This document shows, piece by piece, positions 13,229 through 21,459 of a DNA stretch of 64,000 nucleotides. Under the pieces are notes generated by a model. That model had not been told where the DNA came from. It saw only the letters and a program-made list of their open reading frames with translations, and ran no database searches. Positions within the stretch are counted from its first letter, which is position 1. Each line of letters opens with the position of its first letter. The DNA lies in the NCBI GenBank assembly GCA_025458675.1, contig JALORY010000001.1, positions 11,565 to 75,564 on the forward strand, written 5' to 3'. Source of the DNA: Gammaproteobacteria bacterium (GTDB lineage Bacteria > Pseudomonadota > Gammaproteobacteria > Chromatiales > Chromatiaceae). A program made the translations under genes and the position numbers.

Positions 13229-14146
13229 TCAGCCCCCGCCCGGGCTCCCATGGCTCTTGCAGTACTGGCGGGCGAAGCTCAGCAACTCTTCCATCGCCCG
13301 CAGGCGGAACTTCTGCTTCTGGTGCACGAAGGAGAACGGCCGCTCGAGCGACGGCTCGAGCGGGATCGCGACCAGGGTGGCGAGCCTCAGCTCCTTCTGG
13401 ATGGTGGCGATGGACACGACGGAGATGCCCATGCCGGCCTCCACCGCGCCCTTGACCGCCTCGGGGCTGCCCAGCTCCATGGCGATGTTGAGGCCGACGT
13501 CGCAGACCGTGGCCTGACGGGCCAGGTACTCGCCGATCACTTCCCGGGTGCCCGACCCCTCCTCGCGGCAGATGAAGGGGTACTGCAGCAGCTCCGCCAT
13601 GGTGATGGTGCCGGCGGCGGCGCGCGGGTGATTCGGCGGCAGGATGGCGACGAGCTGATCGTTCCTGCACTGCTCGACGACGAGGTTCTTGTTGCTGACG
13701 GGTGCCTCGACCACGCCGAGGTCGATGGTGTTGTTCTCCACCATGGAGACCACCCCGTCGGTGTTCGAGACCTTGAGGTGCACGGTGACGTCGGGGTATT
13801 TCGCCCGGAAGTCGCCGAGCAGCGCCGGCAGCATGTACTCCGCGATGGTCGTGCTGGCCCCGATGGTCAACGCCCCGCTGATCTCGCCGGTCATCTCCCG
13901 GACCGAGTTTTCCATGTCCCCGTACAGATCGAAGATCCGGTTCGCGTACTCGTAGACCCGCTGGCCGGCCTCGGTCAGGCTGATGCGGTTGTGGGTCCGG
14001 TCGAACAGGCGGGTGTTGAAGTGCTCCTCCAGCTGACGGACCTGGAAGGTCACGGCGGGCTGGGTCATGTGCAGCGTCTCGGCCGCCTTCGTGAAGCTGA
14101 GGAGGCGGGCGACGGTGTGGAACACCTGCAGTCGGCGATCGGCCAT
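13229..14146 (-). CDS. LysR family transcriptional regulator
   Basis: ORF 13229..14146. N-terminal wHTH (FTKAAETLHMTQPAVTFQVRQLEEHF) plus a substrate-binding domain. Confidence 0.92.
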   Translation of the reverse strand: MADRRLQVFHTVARLLSFTKAAETLHMTQPAVTFQVRQLEEHFNTRLFDRTHNRISLTEAGQRVYEYANRIFDLYGDMENSVREMTGEISGALTIGASTTIAEYMLPALLGDFRAKYPDVTVHLKVSNTDGVVSMVENNTIDLGVVEAPVSNKNLVVEQCRNDQLVAILPPNHPRAAAGTITMAELLQYPFICREEGSGTREVIGEYLARQATVCDVGLNIAMELGSPEAVKGAVEAGMGISVVSIATIQKELRLATLVAIPLEPSLERPFSFVHQKQKFRLRAMEELLSFARQYCKSHGSPGGG

Positions 14147-14423
14147 GGCTTCCCGACGGTACGGCTTGGGAATAAAACAAACTTATACATCACAAAGTTG
14201 CGGCGTGCCAACCCGCGCGGCACACAAGCCCCCGTCCGGAATGGAAAATCTGCGGTTTCCTGATCTCGGGCAGGCTGCCCCGCGAGAAGCCGCGCACCAC
14301 GTCGGGGCAACCTATGGAGATTATTCAAAAATTATCATAGGCTCCTGATTGGCTTGACGAACGGCAGACATGCCCCCGGCCGTCATCGCGACCGGGATAC
14401 GACAGACTAGGGGAGAGAGACCA

Positions 14424-15665
14424 GTGAGAACCAACCTGCGCACGAGAGCGCTGACGGCAGCCGTCGGCGCGGTCCTGGCAACCACGGGGACCGCCATCCA
14501 GGCGAGCGGCTTCCAGCTGATGGAGCAGAGCGCGAGCGGCCTCGGCGTCGCCTTCGCCGGCATGGCCGCCGCGGCCCAGGACGCCAGCACCGCCTTCTGG
14601 AACCCCGCCGCCATGTCGCTCCTGCCGGGTGTGCAGGGCGCGGCGGTCCTCAGCTACGTCGCCCCGCACACGGAGTTCACGAGCGACAGCACCTCGCGGC
14701 CCAACAACCTCGGCGACGGCGGCAGCGACGGCGCGCCGAACGCGTGGGTGCCGGCGCTGCACGCGACCTGGATGCTGAGCCCGCAGTGGTCGGTGGGCCT
14801 CAGCGTCAACGCGCCCTTCGGCCTCACGACCGAGTGGGACACGCCGTGGAACGGGCAGACGTTCGCGGTCAAGTCGACGGTCGAGACCCTGAACATCAAC
14901 CCCAGCGCGTCCTTCAAGGTCAACGACCAGCTGTCGCTCGGGGCGGGGCTCAGCTACCAGCAGCTCAAGGCCGAGCTGACCAACGCGGTGGCTCCCGTCG
15001 CGAGAGCACCCATCGGCAAGGTCGAAGGCACGGACTGGGCGCTCGGCTGGAACGTCGGCGCCCTCATCGACTTCCAGCAGGGCACGCGGGTCGGCCTCAC
15101 CTATCGTTCGGCGATCGACTACACCGTGCAGGGCGGCGAGCTGTCGGTCGGCGGCGCGGACGTGACGCCGGTCACGGCGGACATCGAGCTGCCCGACACG
15201 TTCTCGATCGCCGTGTCGCACCAGCTCACGCCCGACACGCGGATCCTCGCGGACTGGACCTGGACCGGCTGGAGCACTATCCAGAACCTGACCGTGAAGC
15301 AGGCAACCGTCGGCATGATGATCAGCAACAGCCCGCTGAACTTCGACGACAGCTGGCGGGCCGGGCTGGGCGTCGAGCACCAGCTGAACCCGTCCTGGCT
15401 GCTGCGTGCCGGCGTCGCCTACGACAAGACGCCCGTGCAGGACGAGTTCCGCACGCCCCGCCTGCCCGACGAGGATCGGACCTGGCTCGCCATCGGCGCC
15501 CGGTATCAGCCCGACGCCAAGTCGCCGTGGTGGATCGACGTGGGCTACTCGTACCTGTGGGTGGACAACGCCACGAGCGAGCTCCGCAACGGCCCCCTGC
15601 GCCTCGACGGCGAGTACGACGCGAACATCAACCTCGTTGCCGCGCAGGTGTCGTTCAAGTACTGA
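14424..15665 (+). CDS. fadL: FadL/OmpP1 family outer-membrane hydrophobic compound transporter
   Basis: ORF 14370..15665. ASGFQLMEQSASGLGVAFAG...FWNPA and the C-terminal ...AAQVSFKY are typical of the family. Probable GTG start at 14424 follows GGGGAGAGAGA and gives a signal peptide. Confidence 0.85.
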   Translation: MRTNLRTRALTAAVGAVLATTGTAIQASGFQLMEQSASGLGVAFAGMAAAAQDASTAFWNPAAMSLLPGVQGAAVLSYVAPHTEFTSDSTSRPNNLGDGGSDGAPNAWVPALHATWMLSPQWSVGLSVNAPFGLTTEWDTPWNGQTFAVKSTVETLNINPSASFKVNDQLSLGAGLSYQQLKAELTNAVAPVARAPIGKVEGTDWALGWNVGALIDFQQGTRVGLTYRSAIDYTVQGGELSVGGADVTPVTADIELPDTFSIAVSHQLTPDTRILADWTWTGWSTIQNLTVKQATVGMMISNSPLNFDDSWRAGLGVEHQLNPSWLLRAGVAYDKTPVQDEFRTPRLPDEDRTWLAIGARYQPDAKSPWWIDVGYSYLWVDNATSELRNGPLRLDGEYDANINLVAAQVSFKY

Positions 15666-15706
15666 CCGCGATCGGCGCCGGCACCCCGGCGCCGTCCCGG
15701 AAAGAA

Positions 15707-15731
15707 GAAAGCCGCCCGATGGGCGGCTTTC
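15707..15731. terminator. Perfect 11-bp hairpin between convergent fadL and the dsrE-like gene; probable bidirectional terminator
   Basis: GAAAGCCGCCC-GAT-GGGCGGCTTTC read directly from the sequence, with a T-rich flank on the minus-strand side. Confidence 0.6.
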
Positions 15732-15755
15732 TCGTTCCTGCCGGATCTGGCGGAC

Positions 15756-16235
15756 TCAGATGTACAGGCAGATGTCGGTCTCGCCAGCGAACTCGAAGAA
15801 GGTCGCCGCGCCGCCGTACTCCACGTTGTCGATGAAGTCGGCCGGGTCGAGATCGAACAGGTCCACCGTCATCTGGCAGGCGATGAACTTCACCTCGGCC
15901 TCCTGGCAGAGGGTGCGAAGGTCCTCGATGCTGGCCACGCCCTTGGCCGCCATCTTCTTCTTCATCATCATGGTCATCATCGCCTGCATGCCGGGCAGCG
16001 CCGTCAGCAGGACGGGGAACCACTTGTCCATCGCCATCGGCATGGGCATGCCGGGGTTGCCGAGCGGCGTCACCTCGAGGGCCAGGTTCTTGCGCAGCAG
16101 CTGCAGGCCATAGAAGGTGAAGAAGATCTGCACTTCGTAGCCGAGCGCCGCCGCGGTCGAGCCCAGGATGAAGGGCGGGTAAGCCCAGTCCAGCGAGCCC
16201 TTCGTAGCGATGATCGCGAGCTTCTTTTGATCCAT
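15756..16235 (-). CDS. DsrE/DsrF/DrsH-like (DsrE3-type) sulfur relay protein
   Basis: ORF 15756..16235. MDQKKLAIIATKGSLDWAYPPFILGSTAAALG...FIACQMTVDLF (conserved Cys). Immediately downstream of tusA. Confidence 0.8.
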   Translation of the reverse strand: MDQKKLAIIATKGSLDWAYPPFILGSTAAALGYEVQIFFTFYGLQLLRKNLALEVTPLGNPGMPMPMAMDKWFPVLLTALPGMQAMMTMMMKKKMAAKGVASIEDLRTLCQEAEVKFIACQMTVDLFDLDPADFIDNVEYGGAATFFEFAGETDICLYI

Positions 16236-16280
16236 CGTTGTCTCCTCCCGGTGTCGGGAATGGGCGTGCGGATCGGAAGG

Positions 16281-16511
16281 TCAGGCCTTCTTGATCAGGA
16301 AGTGGAACTTGCCGCCTTCCTCGCGCGACTCGAGCAGCTCGTTGCCGGTCTGCTTCGCGAAGGCCTCGAAGTCCTTAACCGAGCCGGGGTCGGTGGCGAT
16401 GATGTGCAGCACCTGGCCCGAGCCGAGACCGGCGAGGGTCTTCTTCGCGCGCAGGATTGGCAGGGGGCAGTTCAGACCGCTGGCATCCAACTCTTGGTCG
16501 AAGTTGGCCAT
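16281..16511 (-). CDS. tusA: Sulfurtransferase TusA family protein
   Basis: MANFDQELDASGLNCPLPILRAKK (CPxP motif). ATG at 16511 lies behind GGAGG. The track ORF 16281..16598 starts further upstream. Confidence 0.9.
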   Translation of the reverse strand: MANFDQELDASGLNCPLPILRAKKTLAGLGSGQVLHIIATDPGSVKDFEAFAKQTGNELLESREEGGKFHFLIKKA

Positions 16512-16669
16512 AAGAACCTCCAGAGTTCTCGGTTTGCGTTGAGGAAGGGCGGAAAAATTAGAAGTTGGTTTTATATTTGAACGACCGCGAAAAGGCAACG
16601 GGCGAACGCCCGCGGCGACGGATTCCCCCGACGCAGGTCAACAATTTGGCGCCGGCGGCGACGCCGCGG

Positions 16670-17008
16670 TCAGCGCTGGGGACTGCGGCTCGGCGGCAGA
16701 ATCTCGTAACCGTGGCGGGCCCAGTCCACGATCCCGCCGCGCAGGTTGATGACGTTGCGAAACCCCTGCTGCATGAGGAACGCGCAGGCGTGGAACGAGC
16801 GGGCGCCGCTGCGGCAGTAGAGCACCACGTCCTTGTCGCGAGGAAACTCCTGGGCGCGCAGGGGGATGAGGTGCATGGGCAGGTGCTCCGAGTTGGGCAG
16901 CACGCCCTGCAGCACCTCGGCCTCGCTGCGGATGTCGAGCAGCTTGAGGTCGTCCCCGCGCTCGAGCCGCGTCTTGAGCTCGTCAACCGACATTTCCTGG
17001 ACGAACAC
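16670..17008 (-). CDS. Single-domain rhodanese sulfurtransferase
   Basis: ORF 16670..17008 (GTG start behind AGGAAAG). Active-site loop is YCRSGARS. Confidence 0.88.
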   Translation of the reverse strand: MFVQEMSVDELKTRLERGDDLKLLDIRSEAEVLQGVLPNSEHLPMHLIPLRAQEFPRDKDVVLYCRSGARSFHACAFLMQQGFRNVINLRGGIVDWARHGYEILPPSRSPQR

Positions 17009-17052
17009 GGGGGCTTTCCTGTCGAATCTGAAGGGTCGCTACCGGCGAGCGC

Positions 17053-17070
17053 AATAGTTTATAAATAGTT
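17053..17070. promoter_or_regulatory. Direct repeat AATAGTT-N4-AATAGTT (11-bp phasing) in the AT-rich rhodanese/cysG divergent promoter region
   Basis: Read directly: aatagtt (17053-17059) and aatagtt (17064-17070), inside an unusually AT-rich patch of a GC-rich genome. Confidence 0.3.
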
Positions 17071-17168
17071 CTTAATATTCCACAAGCAACGGCAGCCGAT
17101 GGTCGGCCGTCGGGGCGCCGGATCGCCGCGCGCCGTTCCGCATCTGTGGGCAGACTCGAGGAATCGCA

Positions 17169-18608
17169 ATGGAGCTCTTCCCCCTGTTCCTTCGCGTCCG
17201 TGACCGGCTGGGCGTCGTGGTGGGCGGCGGCGAGGTCGCGAGCCGCAAGGTCGAACTGCTCTGCCAGGCCGGCGCGCGGGTCCGCGTCGTCTCCCCCGCG
17301 CTCGCGCCGACCCTCGCGCGCCTCGCTGCCGACGGCGTGATCGATCACGTCGCGCGCGCCTTCGAGGACGGCGACACGGCTGGCGCGGCGCTGGTCGTCG
17401 CCGGCACGTCGGACCCCGCGACCAACCGCCGGGTCGCCGCGGAGGCCAAGGCCGCCAACCTCCCGGTCAACGTGGTGGACGACCCGGACGAAGGGACCTT
17501 CATCGTGCCCTCGGTGATCGACCGATCGCCCGTCGTCGTCGCCGTTTCCTCGGGTGGAGCCTCGCCCGTGCTCGCGCGCCTGATCCGCACCCGGCTCGAG
17601 TCGGTGATTCCGGCCGCCTACGGGCGCCTCGGCGAGCTCGCCGCGCGTTACCGCGACCGCGTCAAGGCGACCTTCGCCGATCCCGCCGACCGCCGCCGGT
17701 TCTGGGACCGTGTCCTGCAGGGCGGCGTGGCGGAGCGCGTGTTCTCCGGACACCTGGCAGAAGCCGACGCGGTGATGGAGCGCGAGCTGGCGCAGGCCAG
17801 CCCCTCGCAGGGCATGGGTGAGGTCTACCTGGTGGGAGGCGGCCCCGGCGACCCCGACCTCCTCACCTTCCGCGCCCTGCGACTGATGCAGCAGGCCGAG
17901 GTCGTGGTCTACGACCGGCTCGTCGCCAAGGCGGTGCTGGACATGACCCGGCGCGATGCGCGGCGCATCTACGTCGGCAAGGAGCGCGACAACCACGCGA
18001 TGCGCCAGGAGGAGATCAACCGGCTGCTCGCAGACCTGGCGCGGCAGGGCAGGCGCGTCGTGCGCCTGAAGGGGGGCGACCCCTTCATCTTCGGCCGCGG
18101 CGGCGAGGAGATCGACACCCTCGCGGCGGAGGGCATCCCCTTCCAGGTGGTGCCCGGAATCACGGCGGCCTCCGGCTGCGCCGCCTACGCCGGCATCCCG
18201 CTCACGCACCGCGACTTCGCCCAGTCGGTCACCTTCGTGACCGGCCACCTCAAGGACGGCACCATCAACCTCAACTGGCAGCAACTCGCCCAACCCAGTC
18301 AGACCGTCGTCTTCTACATGGGGCTGCACGGACTGGACGTGATCTGCGAGCGGCTGATCGCCCACGGCGTCCGGCCTTCCATGCCCGCGGCGCTGGTGCA
18401 GCAGGGAACGACGCCGATGCAGCGCGTGCTGACGGGGACGCTGGACACCCTGCCCGGCATCGTGGCGCGGGAGCAGCCGAAACCCCCTACCCTGCTGATC
18501 GTCGGCGAGGTCGTCCAGCTCCAGGAGAAGCTGTCCTGGTTCCACGCGGAGCCCGGTTCCGCGCAGGGCGCGACCACCACGGTCGAGCCGGGGACGGCCC
18601 CGGCCTAG
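17169..18608 (+). CDS. cysG: Siroheme synthase (precorrin-2 dehydrogenase / ferrochelatase / uroporphyrinogen-III C-methyltransferase)
   Basis: ORF 17169..18608. N-terminal Rossmann fold ([13 protein letters not shown]) plus a C-terminal SUMT domain ([15 protein letters not shown]...[15 protein letters not shown]). Confidence 0.95.
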   Translation: MELFPLFLRVRDRLGVVVGGGEVASRKVELLCQAGARVRVVSPALAPTLARLAADGVIDHVARAFEDGDTAGAALVVAGTSDPATNRRVAAEAKAANLPVNVVDDPDEGTFIVPSVIDRSPVVVAVSSGGASPVLARLIRTRLESVIPAAYGRLGELAARYRDRVKATFADPADRRRFWDRVLQGGVAERVFSGHLAEADAVMERELAQASPSQGMGEVYLVGGGPGDPDLLTFRALRLMQQAEVVVYDRLVAKAVLDMTRRDARRIYVGKERDNHAMRQEEINRLLADLARQGRRVVRLKGGDPFIFGRGGEEIDTLAAEGIPFQVVPGITAASGCAAYAGIPLTHRDFAQSVTFVTGHLKDGTINLNWQQLAQPSQTVVFYMGLHGLDVICERLIAHGVRPSMPAALVQQGTTPMQRVLTGTLDTLPGIVAREQPKPPTLLIVGEVVQLQEKLSWFHAEPGSAQGATTTVEPGTAPA

Positions 18609-18612
18609 ACCG

Positions 18613-19092
18613 TCAGGCGGGCGACGCCTCCTTCGGCCGCAGCTGGTCGGGCCGAAGCCGCGGCGTGAAGTACTCGTCGGCGTCGTCGAGGTCGACCTCG
18701 CCCCCGGCACGGTCGACGAGAGCCTGCTCGTAGTCCTTCCAGCCCCGCAGCCCGCTCGCCAGCGAGGCCACGTTCGAATAGCCCAGCACCTGCATGGCGT
18801 GTGCGGCGAGGATGCTGCGGTTGCCCGAGCGGCAGACGATGACGATCTCGCGATCGCGGGCGCGCACGAGCTCGGGCACCGTCTCCTCGTAGTCCCACTC
18901 GCAGGCCGACTCGAGAATGCCGCGGGGCACGTTCAGCGATCCCGGAATGTGCATCGCGTCGAACTCGTAGGGCTCGCGGACATCGAGGACCAGGAGGTCC
19001 GGATTGGTTTGCTGCCGCTCCACGAGGTCCCACGGCATGATCTCGCGGATGCCGCTGAGGCACTCCCTGATGAGCTCCATGAACCGCTTCAT
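18613..19092 (-). CDS. Rhodanese-like domain protein
   Basis: ORF 18613..19092. LVLDVREPYEF...VCRSGNRS active-site loop. Confidence 0.85.
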   Translation of the reverse strand: MKRFMELIRECLSGIREIMPWDLVERQQTNPDLLVLDVREPYEFDAMHIPGSLNVPRGILESACEWDYEETVPELVRARDREIVIVCRSGNRSILAAHAMQVLGYSNVASLASGLRGWKDYEQALVDRAGGEVDLDDADEYFTPRLRPDQLRPKEASPA

Positions 19093-19125
19093 CCCAACGC
19101 CTCCCGCCGACCGGCGCCGCGCCGA

Positions 19126-19788
19126 TCAGTAGCTGTTGCCGCCCGTGCGCGGCGCGATGTTCTGCTCGACCGCGATCACCGCGGCCTCCACGCGCGAATG
19201 TACCGCGAGCTTGCGCAGGATGGCCTTGACGTGCAGCTTCACGGTGCCATCGGAGATCCCGAGGTTGCGCGCGATCACCTTGTTGCTCTGGCCCTCGGCG
19301 AGGTGACAGAGGATCTCCCGCTCGCGCGGCGTCAGCTCGGCGAGCGCCGGGGCGCGCGCCGGGGTCTGGCTGCGCTCCCCCTGCACGGCCTTCGCCAGGA
19401 CGCCCGTGAGCTCCTTCGCGACCACCGTCTCGCCCCCCGCGACCGCCGCGAGCGCCGCCACGAGCTCGTCCGGCTCCATGTCCTTCAGCAGGTAGCCGCG
19501 GGCCCCGCACTGCAGCGCGTCCACCACGTCCTTCTCGTCTCGACTGGTGGTGAGCATGACCACCGGGGTGCGGGCGTCCTGCGCGCGCAGCTCGCACAGC
19601 ACGGTCAGCCCGGACATCTCCGGCATGCGCATGTCGAGCAGGACCACGTCGGGGGCGCTCGCCCGCGCGAGCTCGATGCCGCGCCGGCAGTCGCCCACTG
19701 CGTCTATCACCTCGATGCCGCGGCGCTCGAGCAGTTCCCGCAGGCCGATGCGGAACAGGGCGTGGTCGTCGATCAGCAGGACCCGCAT
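19126..19788 (-). CDS. NarL/FixJ family response regulator (REC + LuxR-type HTH)
   Basis: ORF 19126..19788. MRVLLIDDH...VLLDMRMPEMSG...LTPREREILCHLAEGQSNKVIA. Confidence 0.92.
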   Translation of the reverse strand: MRVLLIDDHALFRIGLRELLERRGIEVIDAVGDCRRGIELARASAPDVVLLDMRMPEMSGLTVLCELRAQDARTPVVMLTTSRDEKDVVDALQCGARGYLLKDMEPDELVAALAAVAGGETVVAKELTGVLAKAVQGERSQTPARAPALAELTPREREILCHLAEGQSNKVIARNLGISDGTVKLHVKAILRKLAVHSRVEAAVIAVEQNIAPRTGGNSY

Positions 19789-19789
19789 G

Positions 19790-21421
19790 TCAGTTCTCCC
19801 GCGCCCGGCGCGGTCGTTCGGGGAGGCGGCCGGGCGCGTAGATCACCTCCACGCGCGTCCCTTCCCCGCGCTCGCTCTCGATGCGCAGCTGGCCGCCGAG
19901 CCGGCGCGCCCGCTCCTCCATGATCGACAGGCCGATGTGCTCGCCGGGCCGGCCGCGCTGGTTCGGCACGTCGAAGCCCACGCCGTCGTCCTCCACCAGC
20001 AGGAGATAGGGCCGGCCGGGCCGGCAGGCAAGCAGGACCCGCACGGTGTGCGCGTGCGCGTGCTTGCGGATGTTGGTCAGCGCCTCCTGGACGATGCGCA
20101 GCAGCTGCATCTCCTCGGCCGCCGAGAGGTTGGGCGCGCGGCACTCCTTCTGGAAGAAGACGTGCACGCCCGTGTCCCGACCGAACTGCTCGGTGAGCTT
20201 CTCCAGTGCCGGCACGAGGCCCCGCTGGTCGAGGGGCGCGCGGAAGCTGTTGAGCAGCTCCCGCAACTCGGTGTGCGCTTCCTCCACGGCGTTGCGGATG
20301 CGCGTCGCGTCGTCCAGCGCGGCAGGCGTCCCCGTCTGGCGCAACGTGTCCTCCAGCATGCGGACCTGGAAACGCAGGCTCGCGAGGGTCTGCGCCAGCG
20401 AGTCGTGGAGCTCGTGGGCCAGGGCGTTGCGCTCGTCGATGATCGACAGCCGCCGCGCCTCCGCGTCGGAGCGGTGCTTCGCGACCGCCACCCCCAGGTG
20501 CTGGCCGATGGTGGCGAGCAGCTCGCGAATGTCCTCGCGGCCAGAGATCCCCGGCCGGTCGACGCAGATGGAATAGCGGCCGAGGATATCGTCGTGGTAC
20601 GCGAGCGGCACCTCGAGCACCTCGACCTGCTCCTGACTGAACATGGGCCGGCCGTTGCGGCGCGAGCAGTCGGCGGCGTCGTGCCCGCAGACGACGTCGC
20701 CCGGTGTCAGCACCTTGCCGCAGGTGCAGAGCCCCAGGGGCAGCAGGTCCCGTTCGGCCCGGGCCACGTCGTCCGTCCCGATGCAGCCGACCAGCGCCAC
20801 GGTCCCGTCGACACCCTGCAGCCGCACGCTCGCCGCCCGGCCGTTCACCATCGCCTTCAGCACCCGCAGGAAGCGCAGCAGCAGCTCCTCGAGGTCGTGC
20901 GACTGGTTGATGGTGGCCGCGACGTCGTAGAGGATCTTGAGCGACGCCGTCTTCTGCGCCAGCCGCGCCGTCTGCCGCGCGACCCGGTTGTCCATGTCCT
21001 CGTACAGACCGTGGAGCTCCTGGCTCAGGCTGTCGATGTCGCGGGCCATCTCGCGCAGCACGCCGACGTTCTCGGTCGCGAGCGCGGCCCCGGGCTCGCC
21101 CTGGCAGACGCCGGCGACCGAGGACTCGAGCCGAACGAGGGGGGCGAGCAGGCGCGCATGGAAACGGCCGCCGGCGACGAGCAGGGCGACGAGGCTGGCG
21201 GCGAGCGCGCAGCACAACGCCACCGCCTGGGCGACGTGGTGGCCGCCCTCCTCCGCCAGGTAGACGGCGATCAGCACGCCGGACACCAGCCCGACCGCGA
21301 GCGCCACCGTCGGCCACAGCAGGCCCGCGTCGCGCAACAGGCGAAGCACGCGCGCGCCGGGCCGGGGCCTGGGCAACGCCCCTGCGCCTGGTCTTCGCGA
21401 CGGCTCCGGCCCCTGCTCCAT
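19790..21421 (-). CDS. NarX/NarQ-like sensor histidine kinase (2 TM, HAMP, Cys-containing GAF-like module, HisKA_3, HATPase) without a periplasmic sensor domain
   Basis: C-terminal 543 aa of ORF 19790..23197, from MEQGPEPS (ATG at 21421). H-box is ALAHELHDSLAQTL. The two TM helices are separated by only about 8 residues (AEEGGHHV). Confidence 0.85.
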   Translation of the reverse strand: MEQGPEPSRRPGAGALPRPRPGARVLRLLRDAGLLWPTVALAVGLVSGVLIAVYLAEEGGHHVAQAVALCCALAASLVALLVAGGRFHARLLAPLVRLESSVAGVCQGEPGAALATENVGVLREMARDIDSLSQELHGLYEDMDNRVARQTARLAQKTASLKILYDVAATINQSHDLEELLLRFLRVLKAMVNGRAASVRLQGVDGTVALVGCIGTDDVARAERDLLPLGLCTCGKVLTPGDVVCGHDAADCSRRNGRPMFSQEQVEVLEVPLAYHDDILGRYSICVDRPGISGREDIRELLATIGQHLGVAVAKHRSDAEARRLSIIDERNALAHELHDSLAQTLASLRFQVRMLEDTLRQTGTPAALDDATRIRNAVEEAHTELRELLNSFRAPLDQRGLVPALEKLTEQFGRDTGVHVFFQKECRAPNLSAAEEMQLLRIVQEALTNIRKHAHAHTVRVLLACRPGRPYLLLVEDDGVGFDVPNQRGRPGEHIGLSIMEERARRLGGQLRIESERGEGTRVEVIYAPGRLPERPRRAREN

Positions 21422-21459
21422 CGGTGTGCGCCACGCCCCGCTACGCGTCGCCGCGTAGC

